A stretch of DNA of 62,648 bases, filler included, from Sphacelaria rigidula (GCA_964200075.2; 4 parts of 4 records of this genome joined end to end with filler, not necessarily neighbours in it); one strand, 5' to 3'; shown: positions 13,672-27,179, counted from the whole stretch's first letter. Program-made: numbers and translations. The notes: generated by a model not told the origin, from the letters alone.

Positions 13672-15135
13672 CGCCGTAGTTATCAAGCAACGACAACGCA
13701 ACGCTCCAGCAACCAGCGCGGTTCTGTAAGATTGCCTTTGGAAGCGTTTGGATTCGGAACGAAGATGTCGGCAGTTTCAAGTAGCAATCTATGCTATTTT
13801 AGTGATCACTGAGGGAGATAGGTATCAGAACAAAACAAAATCGCGGGCGGCCGTATCACCCCATTTGATACGTTGTGTTTCCCCCCCCCCCTACGACATC
13901 ATTTGTCCTTCAGACTCCATTTTCCTCGAGGTGCGGAAGCCTGAACTTTCGAAAGAGCCGATTTGCTAAATTCCTCCTCGATCAGATGATCACGCGGGCA
14001 TGCTTGATAGACATCATGATAGACATCATGATATAGGTATCATGAGTACACCTAGTCTCGAGAAAATCGACTTTGAATCGTGATATTCGGGGGTGCGATA
14101 ACAAAGCGTGTCTCGATAACCTGGAAAAGACCGAATCCCCTTTACAGGCTGGTTCACGCCAATCACCCAAAATTGTGTCGTCAGCAAGTGCCTTTCGAAA
14201 TACCTACCCAATAGTCACATACATGGTGTCACACTGATGGCAATGGACAACCGAAGAGGGTGACATAGTCGGGGTTTCGTTTAAGGCCATGGGGGGCGGC
14301 GCTAAGGGCCGAAATATACCTCGACCAATCAACGGCGTTCAAATTGTTCTGAAATAGAAAATATGAATTCCAGACCCAATTTTCACCTCATCTCCACGTG
14401 CTTCAAATTGTAGTAACCGCCATAAGGTCGGGAGTCTAACGGGAAGAAACAGATTTGAAAACGGTTTCTATGGAATCAGATCGTACCCAAAACCATGGTA
14501 ATTCTTTGATGTGGAGATTTTGCGTCGTCGACCTTCCTCTGATGGTATGCACCAGAGACCCAGAAGCTCTCCTGACGGTTTCTCTTATATCTGTTGTAGA
14601 AGAGCTGCGACCGCACTTAAACTTGGAATTCCGGTAGGTATTGGTGCTTCCAATGGAAAAAATATTTCAGGTTTTGTCCTCCCTTTACCGGCTTCCGAGG
14701 GTCTCAGTGTGATGACCCCCGGAAGCCAGTGCAGAGTGACTTGAAAGAACAAAACAAAGCTATGGGTCCCGGCGTAGTCCAAGGAATATTTGGACAAAGT
14801 TGCATCGCGTAACTCAACAACCTGAGGCAGCTTTTGCTCGTTTCAACTTTTAAAATACCCGGAAAAGGCATTTCCATACAAATCAAGTAGTCAGAAGTTG
14901 CAACGGGCACAGAACCCCCCGAGAACCAAGAGCACACGAAATGAGTTTTCTACAGGTACGTACCCACTCTCTTACTCTGAACCTCTCGGGGAGGGGGGTA
15001 GGGTACTGGATTACCACCCCTGAGCCATGGTACAAAAGGGGCAGCATGTTGTTGCCAGGTGGCTGGTGTAGGTGTACGATGGTCGTGAAGTTTTTTCGAA
15101 TCTCACAGCAAGGAAAGTATCGACCCGGAACTTGA

Positions 15136-15233
15136 CCCTCAGACGACGAGAGTAGGTCATTGGTTGAATCAGCATCAACTTCACTTGAATAAGGTATGCG
15201 TGATTCAGATGGACTACCCTCGCGGTCTAAGGG
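15136..15233. mobile_element. piggyBac-type MITE, full 98-bp copy
   Basis: ttga|CCCTCAGACGACG...CGCGGTCTAAGGG|ttaa. Confidence 0.7.
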
Positions 15234-15244
15234 TTAACCTTTAG

Positions 15245-15588
15245 AACACGGGATCTTACAAATTGGGGATGGATCTTTCATTGGGGATGAGAAACCCGGA
15301 GAATTAAAATCTTCATTTTCACACCAAATCTTCGAAATATGGTTCCATTTCCTCACCTACTGATAGCTCTTGACAACTGCTACACGCCATGTAATTTGGA
15401 TTTCGATTACCGAACTGCTGGGGTCTTACGTGAAAAAACAATTTTGAGGAATTTCGGGTGTCCGAACGGACGCCAAAATGGTTCCGAAATTGGTTTTTCA
15501 TCTGGGACCCCAGCATTTCGATGATCGAAATCCAAATTTCTATGGCGTGTAGCAGTTGTCAAAAACCATCAGTAAACAGCCGATTTTC
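15245..15588. mobile_element. Foldback MITE, same family as 43321-43768, cut by contig end
   Basis: aacacgggatcttacaaattggggatggatc...; colinear with 43321 onward. Confidence 0.75.
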
Positions 15589-15688
15589 NNNNNNNNNNNN
15601 NNNNNNNNNNNNNNNNNNNNNNNNNNNNNNNNTTAATTAATTAANNNNNNNNNNNNNNNNNNNNNNNNNNNNNNNNNNNNNNNNNNNN
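15589..15688. other. Artificial contig spacer (N44-TTAATTAATTAA-N44)
   Basis: Identical spacers at 31276-31375 and 46963-47062; the linker has stops in all six frames. Confidence 0.97.
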
Positions 15689-16599
15689 GTTGGCGTTCAC
15701 CCCCCAACAGTCGTTGTGTTGTACCGAACGGCCCCCCCCCCCCCCCCCCCCCCCTCCCTCCTACATGAGTCCCCCCCCCCCCCGTCCCGCCTACTTCTTG
15801 ACTGACTCCCGGCTGATCGTTTGTGGCAAACATTACCGTTCTTTTCACGGAGGAATTTCAGAGGATAAACACGGTAGTAGAGTACTAGTGGATTCCTTCT
15901 AGACAGCTATATATACTTGACGTATTACCTCGCCGTCAAATGGTCAACATTTCCAACGCCGGGGGATTCTGTGTCAAGATTTTGTTCGTAATTAGTCCCG
16001 CGAGTCTTCTGCGTTTTTTTTTAGGTTGTAGATGAAGATACACAGACGCTAACGGGCATGTAGCAGCATTATGCGATGGTTGGGGGGAGAATAATTCACG
16101 TTTACTGCCGAGTGTTTCCAGTATACATCGTTCTTGGTATATCATTGTAACCCAGGGCCAAAGCCCGATATTGGTTCCCTATATATTTCTTTTCTTCATG
16201 TTACCATGGGTGAGCATGACCCGCGACATACGTGGTCTTCAACAAGTCCGGGGGACGATCGAGAGACTCGCGCAAATGTGAGGGATAAGATGGCAGATAA
16301 TCGGATATATGTTGAATCTTTAACCGAAAGGATGGGTCAATCTGTTGAATTAGCGTCAATTTCACTCGGAACATCATGATATATAGTGCACGATGCTGAT
16401 GGTCGGCTCTGTGGGGTTGAGAGGTGAGAGGTTTACCGGAAACGGATTCGAATCAAGTTTGCACGCACGACCATACCGCACACTTGCATACAGGTGAATA
16501 TATATATATATACATATATGGGAAGGCGCATGATTTCCAAGCATACACTTGGATACAAAACACACCTGAATGCAAACAGATGAGAAAAGTCTACCGTAA

Positions 16600-16811
16600 T
16601 AGAGGTATCTCAAACTAGGTTCCTGGTATCCTGGTTTGTTTTGTTTTATTTTTCAAGTGAAAGTGATGCCGATTCATCAGATGATGTGACCCTTTGACCG
16701 CCAGGTCAGGTCCTCCTATGAATCGCGATCACTTTCACTTGAAAACATACTACACAACTCAGAGCCAGCGAATAAACCAGGATACCGGGAGCCGAGTTTG
16801 AGATACCTCCA
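16600..16811. mobile_element. TIR element (GAGGTATCTCAAACT ends) carrying nested piggyBac-MITE fragments; small relatives at ~27062-27142 and 35791-35872
   Basis: gaggtatctcaaact ... agtttgagatacctc inverted termini; no convincing TSD, superfamily unresolved. Confidence 0.55.
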
Positions 16812-17464
16812 ATGAGCATGAACTGAAGAGGCCCATGATCATTGCACACAAGGACGAAATGAAAAAAGTAACGACCACGGCAACAGCAAACGAATTGCCC
16901 ACCGAAGCGCACACTTGCTCACACAAGGAAATATGAGTTGCTGAACGAGTTGCATTCTCAAAGGAAGCTAGCTCCACATGTTTGGTGCGACAGCTGTCGA
17001 ACATCGATCATCATTACAACAATAGTAACGTAGCAACCCTCTTGGAACCGGACCGCCGCCAACCATGAGCAAAGACTGCACGCAGGGTTAATTTGTGAGT
17101 CGGGATCCGGAATCATCACAGATTTTCAACTGAAAATAAGTAAAAATGATGCCGATTCAAGATGAGCCCTCAGCCCCGGTAGGCTTTTGCTTTATACGCG
17201 TGCATATAATCCCACATGGAACGGGGTATTGCGTATAACCTTGTGCGTTTTTCTATTTAAACGCACAGTACTCATCTGTTTATTTTGGAGATTTCAGCGT
17301 AACGAAGGCATAAGAGCTGAGTTTTACGCATAAATTGACGCATTTAGTATTCCAACGGGAATATGCACCCCATGCCCAGCAGCTAGTAGCTAGCTGCACA
17401 GGGGTGAGTGCTTCATACGGCGTGGCTCGTCATTTCGTGGCTATTGTGTTCGTAGTTTCTATTC

Positions 17465-18250
17465 CTGGATCATGCATACTCTTCTTCACTTGAAATCGAT
17501 GCCGATTCAACTGAAGACTAACCTCGCCGTCTAAGGGTTAAAACTATCAAGTTTACTATACCGGATAGACTACTCCGGTCTCAAAATCGAAGAAGGGTTG
17601 ACCCTTCGCCTTATCATGGATACTTTTTTCAAGTGAAATTGATGCCGATTCAACAGATTACCCTTTGACCATCACCTGCTGAATCGGCATCAGTTGCACT
17701 GGAAAAAAGTACTGTCATCCAGATGGACTACCTACCGAATCGCGGAAGGGCTGACCCTTTGATCGCGTGGGTAGGTCACCTGCGGAATCGGCTTGAACCC
17801 TTAGGCCGCGAGATTAGTCTTTCTGGATCATGCATATTTTTTTCACTTGAAATTGATGCCGATTCAACAAAAGACTAACCTCGCGGTCTGAGGGTTAAGT
17901 TCGTGTGAAAAAAGCACGTGTGATCCAGATGGACTACCTGCACCCCGGTCTGAGGATCAAACCTTGGACGGCGAGAGTAGGTCATCGGTTGAACCAGCAC
18001 CGATTCTACTTGAAAAAATGTGCATGATCCAGATGGATTAACCCTTAGACCGCGAGATTAATCTTTCTGGATCATGCATACTTTTTCTTCACTTGAAATT
18101 GATGTCGATTCAACAGAAGACTAACCGCGCGGTCTAGACGTTAACCCTTGGACCGCGACGCGGGTAGTCCATCTGGTCACCTGCTATATCGGCATCAATA
18201 TTCACTTGAAAAAAGTATGCGTCATGCTTAACGGCCGGGGTAGGTCATCC
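17465..18250. mobile_element. Cluster of tandem/nested ~98-bp piggyBac-type MITEs (full copies 17798-17894 and 18042-18140); continues at ~18577-18765
   Basis: CCCTTAG(A/G)CCGCG...CGCGGTCT(A/G)AGGG termini, TTAA junctions at 17895, 18038 and 18141, recurring core ttgaaattgatgccgattcaac. Confidence 0.8.
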
Positions 18251-18254
18251 AGTA

Positions 18255-18573
18255 TAGTTCACCTGGGAGGGTGAGAAATTTCTCAGATAGTTAGACTTGA
18301 TTTAGCGTGGATAGCGAAATCCGGATCTTCAATGGGGCTATGCTCCAAGCTTACCCCAAGCTTGCGCAGAACGCGTTTTTGGCGAAAGCGGCGCCTGGGG
18401 CGCCGATTTGAGGTCTGGCAACGCACCCTCTGCCTGGGAAACACTTTCCACACCCCCACCCGAGGGTTCTCGGTGTGCCTTCGTTGGGGTTAAGGTCAGC
18501 GTTAGCGTTAGTGTTTTAGTCTGTTCGAAGTTATAAATTCCTGAGAAATATCACCCTCCCAAGTGTTGAACTA
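18255..18573. mobile_element. TA-bounded MITE with ~30-bp imperfect TIRs; inverted copies at ~26034-26250 and ~27873-28087
   Basis: tagttcacctgggagggtgagaaatttctcag ... ctgagaaatatcaccctcccaagtgttgaacta; shared core ggcgcctggggcgccgatttgaggtctggcaacgcac. Confidence 0.7.
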
Positions 18574-19832
18574 ACCTCAGGTCATCTGGGTTACGCAGTA
18601 ATTTCTCAAGTGAAATTGATGCCGATTCAACAGATGACCTACCCTGGCGGTCGAAGGGTTACCACAAGACTGCGAGGGAAGTCCATATCGATCATTTTTT
18701 CTTCCTCCAAGTGCAATTGATGCCGATTCAAGAGATGGCCTGCTTCTCGCGGTCGAAGAGTTAAAATGAGGGGAAACATAACTTGCTGCTATACACCTGC
18801 ATACAGCATATGTTGTCATTTTACGTACTGTATATATATTTAGATATACACTCGTACATACCCCTCGTTTTAGTCTACTCGTACACCATCGCATTCGACT
18901 TATATAACATTGGTGGGATGTGGGAAGTTGAGACTCACGGCACCCCAGCAGCTGGGGTTTGACCCACGCCGGGCGTTTGCGTGACGGCTGTCGGAAGTCA
19001 TTGCCTGTTGGAATTTGAACAGGCTATCGTGCTTGGTGACCTCATCGCAACAACACTTGAAGGTGTACTGCATATTTACACCGTCGTCAGTAGTCCGTAT
19101 AGGCCGGAGGTCCGTGGGGACATGCAATCTTCAAAGAACACCTCCACAAGGTTTAGCTGGTTGAGTCTCTTTGGGGTCTAAAGTGCTAATATTTGTTTCG
19201 TGAATTATTGTAGATCGGCATGATTTCAACTCGAAAATGATGCCGATTCACCAAAGTAAAAATCAGCACTCCCTGGGGGTCTAGTTCCCAAAAAGTCGAC
19301 ACACGCGCCATTTCCCACTACGAGTACAGTAGTGAAGATCTCAACCTCTTTGTTGTCGAAGGGTCAATCCTTAACCCCTTTATCGCCAGGGTAGGTCTAG
19401 TAGATATCAACATTTGGTGGGGTGCTAAATAAAAATAAGACTTCGGGCGGGGCCAGCCTAATAATGGATTGAACTACAGCTGTAAGCTGGACCCGTCAGT
19501 ACTGACTGTACTGTTTGTAGTTGAACCCTGAGACAGCGAGCGTCGCCTCGGAACAGTTTCACAGGCTGAAAGTCCAGGGATATCGAGGGGTTTCCAGGGG
19601 GCGGGGGCCTGTTCGCCGAAGGGCCGAAAGCTCACCAAGTCAACCGGGTGTGTCTGGAAGTTTCCCACGGAAAATTACAAGCCAGAAACGAGGTCCGAGA
19701 GGTGCGGAGTGACCATGCTGACCAATCACGGCCATCAAAATGGTCACTTTGTTCCCGTACAGGTGGACTGCAGAAAAACTACTTCACTGTCTAGCCGTAT
19801 TTCTCGCTCTGGTATGGACAATCCAACCCGAT

Positions 19833-20050
19833 AAAATTCGACTTCACGGTTGACGAGGGAAAGGGACTGCTGAACCCCTCTCGCGATGAAAAAGAAAGGC
19901 AAGCACCGCAGAAGGAAGGTGGAGAACTAAAACAAACAAAAAATGGAAACTCCTGTGTTGACCTTCCTCCTGTGACCGCGGCTGATGCATCCACATATAC
20001 CGAAAGGTGTAGACCGGCGTCCAGAATAGATGGGATGACGACACAACAAC
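19833..20050 (+). mobile_element. SINE family A, 5'-truncated
   Basis: Reverse complement of the 9095-9320 body. Confidence 0.75.
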
Positions 20051-21969
20051 ACATTAGACTGGAACAAATAACGTGCTTTTTACTCTGGTCGTGTTCTATG
20101 CCTCCTGCCTGATCCCTCATGTGTCGCCAGCCTATCTTCACACTGTATAATCATGTTGTGGAATACTAAGTCAGACATATGATCGGCATGCAGTAGATGG
20201 TTTTCAATGGAGAGCGATGACACAGTGACTAATTATTGCCTTGTATCCGGCGAACACACGCAGCACCTATACCGACTCTGAATGCAGTAGACTGCAGGGT
20301 ATAAGATCCGGTCACGGGTTCTCCGAGACTATTTTATATGTAGATGCCCAACATCCACATGTTCATGAAAAATGCGTTTTTTGTCGCGAGAAAAGAGGTG
20401 TTATGAACCCTAAATGTGGCATAGTCCACCTCAGTTCATCTAAGGAGGTTCAGCTGTGTAAGGGTTAAACTGGAACTGGCGAAGAGGGTGCCGGCCGTCC
20501 AGTTGAATTAAAGCTGGGCGTGATAGGGTACATTATATGATTATTTAGTATAGGGCAGTTCCACACGGCTACGTCAGGCTACATTTTCGAGATTTTCCAT
20601 CAGTGCGTTTGAAAAGCTCGGTTATTTCAGCCCAAAATTTCTCAGACAATGTAAAATAGTACACGAAGAACATTTGCAAAGTCGGATTTGGGCGGGGGGT
20701 GCATGGTATCACAGGGGACGAGAAAATAGCCGCCCCTCCAGGGGTGCTTTCTACCGTGACTTGAGGAATGGTATCCACCCATTTGACTACTATTATTATT
20801 ATTATTATTATTTCCACACATTAATCCGATCTCTCGAACCCGCCGTCACAGACGTAGGCCCGTCTTTCCAATACCGTTCCTGCTATTCCTTACGAAACAT
20901 AGAGTCTTCCATCATTCTTGTTTGAGGCCTATACCGTGCGAATGGCAATACGTTTGGATAATAACAATATTTTTTTCCGGAATACCTGAACAATGGGAAT
21001 GAACTTTTCCCCCGAGATTTCATGTGCACACCCCGCCTCTCAAATCACTTGTCACGATGTTGTGTTGTTGAATATTGTTGCAAAACACATTGATCAATAA
21101 ACACTGAAAAACCCCGAAAAGTCTAGTGGGCTTTGTGGGGTTCGTATATCTGCTTCTGCTCCTTGCCCGCTCTGTCCCGATGACCTCAGATACCGGCCAC
21201 GCTCACACTCGTATGTACACGAGCGCATGGTAGCGACAGCGCGACCTACTTGCAGGTGGGGCACGCAAATAAGAGCGTACAGGTCGCGAACGCCTGCAAA
21301 ACCAAATCCAATTTCAAATTAAAATGCCGCAGACACGAAACAAGGGTCAGTCGCACTCCACATCAGTCCACAGAAGGGTAGCGACGAGAGGATCTTGTCG
21401 CAGGGCAGGAGACCACACACATCGGCGGCGATGAGCGCTATGCTCGATATTGACGAGCCAAAAGCCGTCTTGTGCTCTTGGCCAGCCAAGACCCGCGCAT
21501 GCTCGGTTTCATGGATCCTCTGAGGACACGAAGTGTATACAGTATGCATCAGCTGCTTGCTATCGAGAATACGGCTATATCATTCTGTATCTGTCCTGCC
21601 GTTGTACGAGACACCACGCTGTCTGTACACTGTTATACCGTCTGTATGTACTGTGCAGGCCATCCAGGTGGCAACACGAGTAGCGGAAGCGTTCCTCTAT
21701 CGTACCACTTGTCAACTGGACGGAGCGCTGCACGCCCTGTAGCTGTGGACGGTTGTCATCACGTAATCGCACACACTCCACACTCATGACGGGATTACAT
21801 TTGAACACTCAGATCACGTCCTGTTGTCCATGACGCCGCAGCAAAGATCAACATTTTGTTTGTTGTCCCCAACCCTTTGGGAACCCGGTTTTGATTTTTG
21901 TTCACGTGAATTGACACCATTTTCAAGTCAAACGATTCATTCTACGATTCCCGTTAGTATCGAGTAGAG

Positions 21970-23900
21970 GACTCATCGCCGCCTACGTTTGTGGTATCCT
22001 GCCTTCCACCAGAAGAAATCTGCTTGGTGTTACTGGTACAGCAAGAATTTTGGGGCCCTGGCTCCTTCATTTTGTTTTGTACAGCCCCTTGGTTACAGCC
22101 TTGCTGTGAGCTGCTGTGGAGTGCGTCTGTTTCTTCGTTCGCTCGGCATTCGAAATTGGGTTCCTTGTGAATTTGGTTCTGGAGGCGTTCACGACCTGTG
22201 CGCTCTCATTGGCATACCCCACCTGCAAATAGGTCGCGCCGGTAGCGACAACCTGTAGCCAAAGTAGCAACAATATCTCACGCCTCACAAAACTTGCCCG
22301 GAATACTGGTAGGTACTCGAGGCACACGGCACGGAACATGATGAGCTTGTGGAGGGCGGCGTGCCCACCACCTCAGCGGTCTCCATGCCAAGGATCTCTG
22401 TACATGGCAGCTGACCGCATCCGCCAACGCCTCGGCAATACACTAGGGGACAGTAGGCTGGGTGTCCCCCCTCAAAAACTCAATTTTCCATCTTGCGGTC
22501 TACATTTCCCGAAATCTTTTCTGCGTGGCCCCTTCATTTTACGTGAATGATGCCCATTCAATAGATCGCCTACCTTCGTGGTCAAAGGATTAACCCTCAG
22601 AGCGCGAGGGTAGTCCATCTAGCTGTGTTGATCGAAACATTTGTGAAATTTTGACATCATTCCCAGTTTCACACCCTGGACAGCATATGGTCAGTAGTTG
22701 CAGTAGACGAAAAGTCACACGTCGGACGAGTCATTACTCGTCGAAACGAGTGCACTTGTGGATGTTTTTTAACCCTTTTGGAACCCTCCCCTCCTGTCCC
22801 CTGGCCAAACGTCTTGTTATGAGAAGCCCTGACGAAGAGTAAAACATGGAAACAGAATAGGCCGACGGCAACCATTTTTTTATGGAAGACCGAAGAAGAA
22901 TGTCCTCCCTGGAGAATTTGGGCAAGATTTGTCCAATCATACCACGCAACGGATGAAGTGTGTCCAATTGTATCCATCGACAATAATCAGCAAAACCACT
23001 ATAAAACATTCCATTCAAAAAACAGCAATGGGCTCCAGGGTCCAACCAGGCACGTTTGTATATTAGCATTTGTAGAAAAGGGAAGCACCGCTTTGACGGA
23101 CTGCAACATCGGGTGGCGAGTTCACCAAGCCACACCGTACATGCAGCACAGTATGGCTGAACACAGCGAAATCTGTTCACCAAATGTGGAAGGCACAGCA
23201 GTGGGTTGTGCGGGCGGTATACATGCACACGGGAGGGGGCCAACGGGCACCGCCTACCGTAATCAGGCCAGATGAAAAACACCACAGTAAGTGAATGCAG
23301 TAGGTTACAGTAGTGACTTGAGGCTACACTCCGTGCAAGATACATATAAGCAAGTGAAAAGTCGGCCATGAGAGTAGACGGCACGAGACGATAGCGGTAG
23401 CCGGCGTCATGAATCTCATGCAGCATGAAGTATGTCGGTGCAACGGTCGGGAACGCTCGACTTGCGGTATAGATGTCGTGGGGCAACTGTGCCTTTAGCT
23501 ACGCCATTGTATGATAGTCAACCCGTAGTATGAGTTGTCGGCACGTGCTTGGCAGAGCACAGCTCTGGGCATGCCTCGCGTTTTACAGAGATTTTTTCAA
23601 AATATAATACAGACATAACACGAAGCAGCGAGGCATCAACCCTGAAGCGACGGCACTTGGCGTCTGCGTCGCCTTTGCGCATTTTAACAAACGGCGGGAT
23701 GGTGCTGTTGGAACGTGCATGAGCGCGATCTTGTGCATGGCGTGAGTCTGCAGTCGAGGTTACCCCAAACTGCTGTAAACACACCCAGTACTGAACAGGG
23801 CAGTATCGCAGCACCCCCGGCGGTATGGAAAGGTGACTGCCTGGGATTGTATTACACTGCCAGTTCATAAATATGACGAATGTGTCATCGGCGTTGCCCT
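21970..23900 (-). pseudogene. Heavily decayed Mutator/MULE-like transposase
   Basis: Ordered remnants: TTH-LLCL-HIW with indels (~23175-23215), SWIM-like KKMVAVGLFCFHVL (~22840-22885), VLPRRW (~22425-22441), C-terminal QVVNASRTK; many stops and frameshifts; boundaries approximate. Confidence 0.4.
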
Positions 23901-24599
23901 TGTTGCCATGACGCTGCGAAGACTATAAACTGCAGCGGGAAGGGCGTGCAGGTCAGTTCACAGAGGCTTGGCGCGCAATGTGGCCGGGGAAGGAGCCCAT
24001 GAGTGTAGAAAAAAACGCCAACGGGTTCTGGACCTCGCCGCAGCAAGAAAAGAGAAAACCTTCTCTTGTTCCACTTGTCACTCGCACGGGTCTGAAAAAT
24101 ACGCGTTGGGCCAAAATTGTTGCGTTTAAGCTGTAAACCATCAACCATATCTTGCTCAAAAACCGTCAGTTGCAAATGATCAATTTTCCATTGTGAGTTC
24201 CAAAAGGTTAAAATCTCAACGGGCATAACTCGTGTGCTCGAGTCATTACTTATTTTCACAAAGGGCAATGACTCGAGTGCTCGCTCATGTGTCAGTGAAA
24301 CAATAAAAAATAAGTCTTCGAGCGACCTGCCCTATCACGGCGAGGCGAAATTCATCGACCAGACCCAAACGACCAGCGCTGAGACTGTTGCCGAGTGTGA
24401 TGTCACTGCAAGGATCGTGTGGGGGCCCTATCCCTGGCCCGGAAAAGCCTCCCCCGGTTTCCAAGTGCAGAGTGGTCGCAGCTTGGTTTTATGGTATTAC
24501 TTGCATTCAGTGTAGCGTTCCCGGGGTTTCCCGGGAGTTTTTTGGGGTCGCCAGCCTAAAATAAAACGTAGTAAATACACCCACACAGGGTGGAGTGGG

Positions 24600-24962
24600 A
24601 AACCGGGAAGGAGTGTACATGCCACAACACACCTGTGAATGACGTTGCTGTACACCTGTTTCTTTTTCCCTCGCTCTTTGAACCCCTCCCCTTCCTCGGG
24701 ATGAGTCCGTGGTCCTACGGGATCAACCCACCTCTCCCGGTACGTCGTGCATTTCATTTTGATTTCACGGATTGGGTCAGCACTCCCGCACCGCGTCAAC
24801 TCACGTCACACAAACCCAGTCGACTATTTTGTTTACTCACGTTCTCTCGCTTTTCACGGTGGAAATCATGCATTACGAAGAAAAAACCAACACATCGGGA
24901 ATCGAACCCCCGTTCTCTCCACCCGAACGGCGACAGTCGGACCATTACACCACCGGGGCGTG
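24600..24962 (-). mobile_element. tRNA-derived SINE family B
   Basis: Reverse complement has A-box TGGTGTAATGG and B-box GGTTCGATTCC; ~290 bp colinear with 37426-37710. Confidence 0.75.
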
Positions 24963-27179
24963 GTTCGTCTGTACACAGGGGTACACCCACAGGAGGATAG
25001 AAGCTGCTGCTCGTGTTGTTCTTGTGCCCCTCTTCATGCAGTATGTTGTGCTGATCTTTCAATTTTCAACTCTATTTTCTCGGCAACGAAGAAGAGGATT
25101 GGACTGCGGTTTCAAGCATGCGCTTCCGGCACAGCAGAACTATCAAGTGTTGTAAGCAAGTTCCCGTAACGGGTGTCGCGGAGGTCGCAGCACTCTGCAA
25201 ACCGCTGCACCAAACACGAAATGTACTGAAAACGCGTTTCCTGCAACGTTCTGGGGCTTTTCGGATCCGCTATGGAGACTTGAGCAAATCCACTTACGGC
25301 GCTGAATACGTCTAGTGTGTGTGCGGGGGGCTGTGAATTTCCAGAGGCGGCTGTGCTTCGTGTCTCGAGAACTGCGCGATGAAAAAATTACAGCTGTCGC
25401 ATACTAAACCTAGGTAACTTTGGATGGAGCGTGTGTTATGCAGGTCAGACACTCCATGACGTCTTCAATACGTCTTCAATATCCCCCCGCGTTCATTTGA
25501 TTTTTTGTGGGAAACGGATTTTTGGCCGGTAAGGCCTTCATTCACCCCCATAACCCATAACTGTACTATACTGCATGTATGTGCGCCGTAACACTGATAC
25601 CCTTCGGAGAGAATTTGCCGCATGCAACAAACAGGGAAGTGGTGGCCCACCCCGACCACAAAGGGTTGTGTGACAAGGTGATGGGGACAATAATATCATC
25701 CAAAGCTTCAAGTGGCGAGCGGCCCGCCGGTCGCCGCATCCTGTTGGAAGCTCTCTACCACGACCCATGCTGCTTGCTACATCTGATTCAGATGCACATT
25801 ACCTAATGCGCACCCCCTGTACCTGAAAAATAGCTTGGATCAAACTTTGGGTCTTCCTCATGACACTGCGGTCACATACGCGGATTTGAAGCAACAGACG
25901 ACTGTTTCGTGCAGACGTCAGACACGTCATTCCACGTCATTCCTGACCAGACCTTATCGTCATTCCACGTAATTCCTAACCAGCCTTATTGGTCGTTTTA
26001 GAGGCCTGGCAATGGGGTGATATTTTTGAGGTCAGTTCACCACTTGGGATGGTGGAGAGTATTACATGGGCAGAGGGTGCGTTGCCAGACCTCAAATCGG
26101 CGCCCCAGGCGCCGATTTCGACCAAAACGCGTCCTGCGCAAGCTAGAAGCACGCTTGAAGCATAGCCCCTTAAAGATGAGGATTTTCACCGTTGAGACTA
26201 AAATCAAGTCGAACTGTCTGAGAAACTTCTCATCATCTCAAGTGATAAACTCTACTGATTTTTTTCCACAACGAGCGATGGCTCGAGTGCTCGCCCTATA
26301 AGTTTATTTCCACAATGAGCTATGACTCGAGTTCTCGCCCTATTAATTTTCACGGCCAACGAGCAGCCCAACGAGCGCGAGTGCCACGAGTCAAACTCGT
26401 GCTCGTCCGCCGTGTGCAAATAATGTACTGCGGCTGCAGTTGGACCGGGCGTCATCAGCGTTTCCACAACCAGGATGAGTCACATGTAGTGTTGGCATCA
26501 TTTTCACTTGAAAAATTATTACAACAGCTATATGATGGTCGACAGGTTGAGAAGCCGATTTCCGGATTTCCGATTGTTGTTGTCTTCATATTAAAACGTC
26601 GTTCCGGTATCTGCGCAGTGCTGTACTGGGCATCTGACTACGGTCGAACTTTGAAAGTTGACCCCTGCCCTGGTCTCATCATGAATATCAAGTGCGTACT
26701 CGCAGTCGATCAAGGGTTTAGGATTATGCTGGTATTATAATGTCCGTTGATCACTCCAACACCCCTCTCCGAGGATTATTGCATTGGTGTACAATTGTGG
26801 CACAGAGCAGCAGGTGCGTTTCTCGTCCGCTACGAGGCCGTTTGCACCGTGCGATGGAATACACTCTCAGGGCCAATCTTGAATATCCACAAGAATCTCA
26901 AACGTGAAGGACCGTCGTCAAATATACCGGAACCTCGAGTTTGAAATACCTCCATTGCAGAGGGTTTGGGGGGTTTCTGCTAACAAAGTCGAATGCAAAC
27001 TGAAGGAAAACTGCTAGTGACGGTACGACAGTAGTGCAGTGTAGGCCCAAGCGGAGGTACAGACAGTCTCTCAAACTCGGGATTCCTGGTATGTTTGACT
27101 GTGAATTACCGTGGAATTTGCTCACCGCGAGTTTGAGATATATCGAGTAACGAGGGCGTTGGCAACTGGTTACGCTTGA

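Noticed and set aside
15633-15644. TTAATTAATTAA recurring every 15687 bp as a biological periodic signal
   Set aside because: Centred in N runs; an assembly linker with six-frame stops
17465-18250. CRISPR-like array (recurring gatgccgattcaac core)
   Set aside because: Mixed orientations, nested copies, no unique spacers and no cas genes; explained by MITEs
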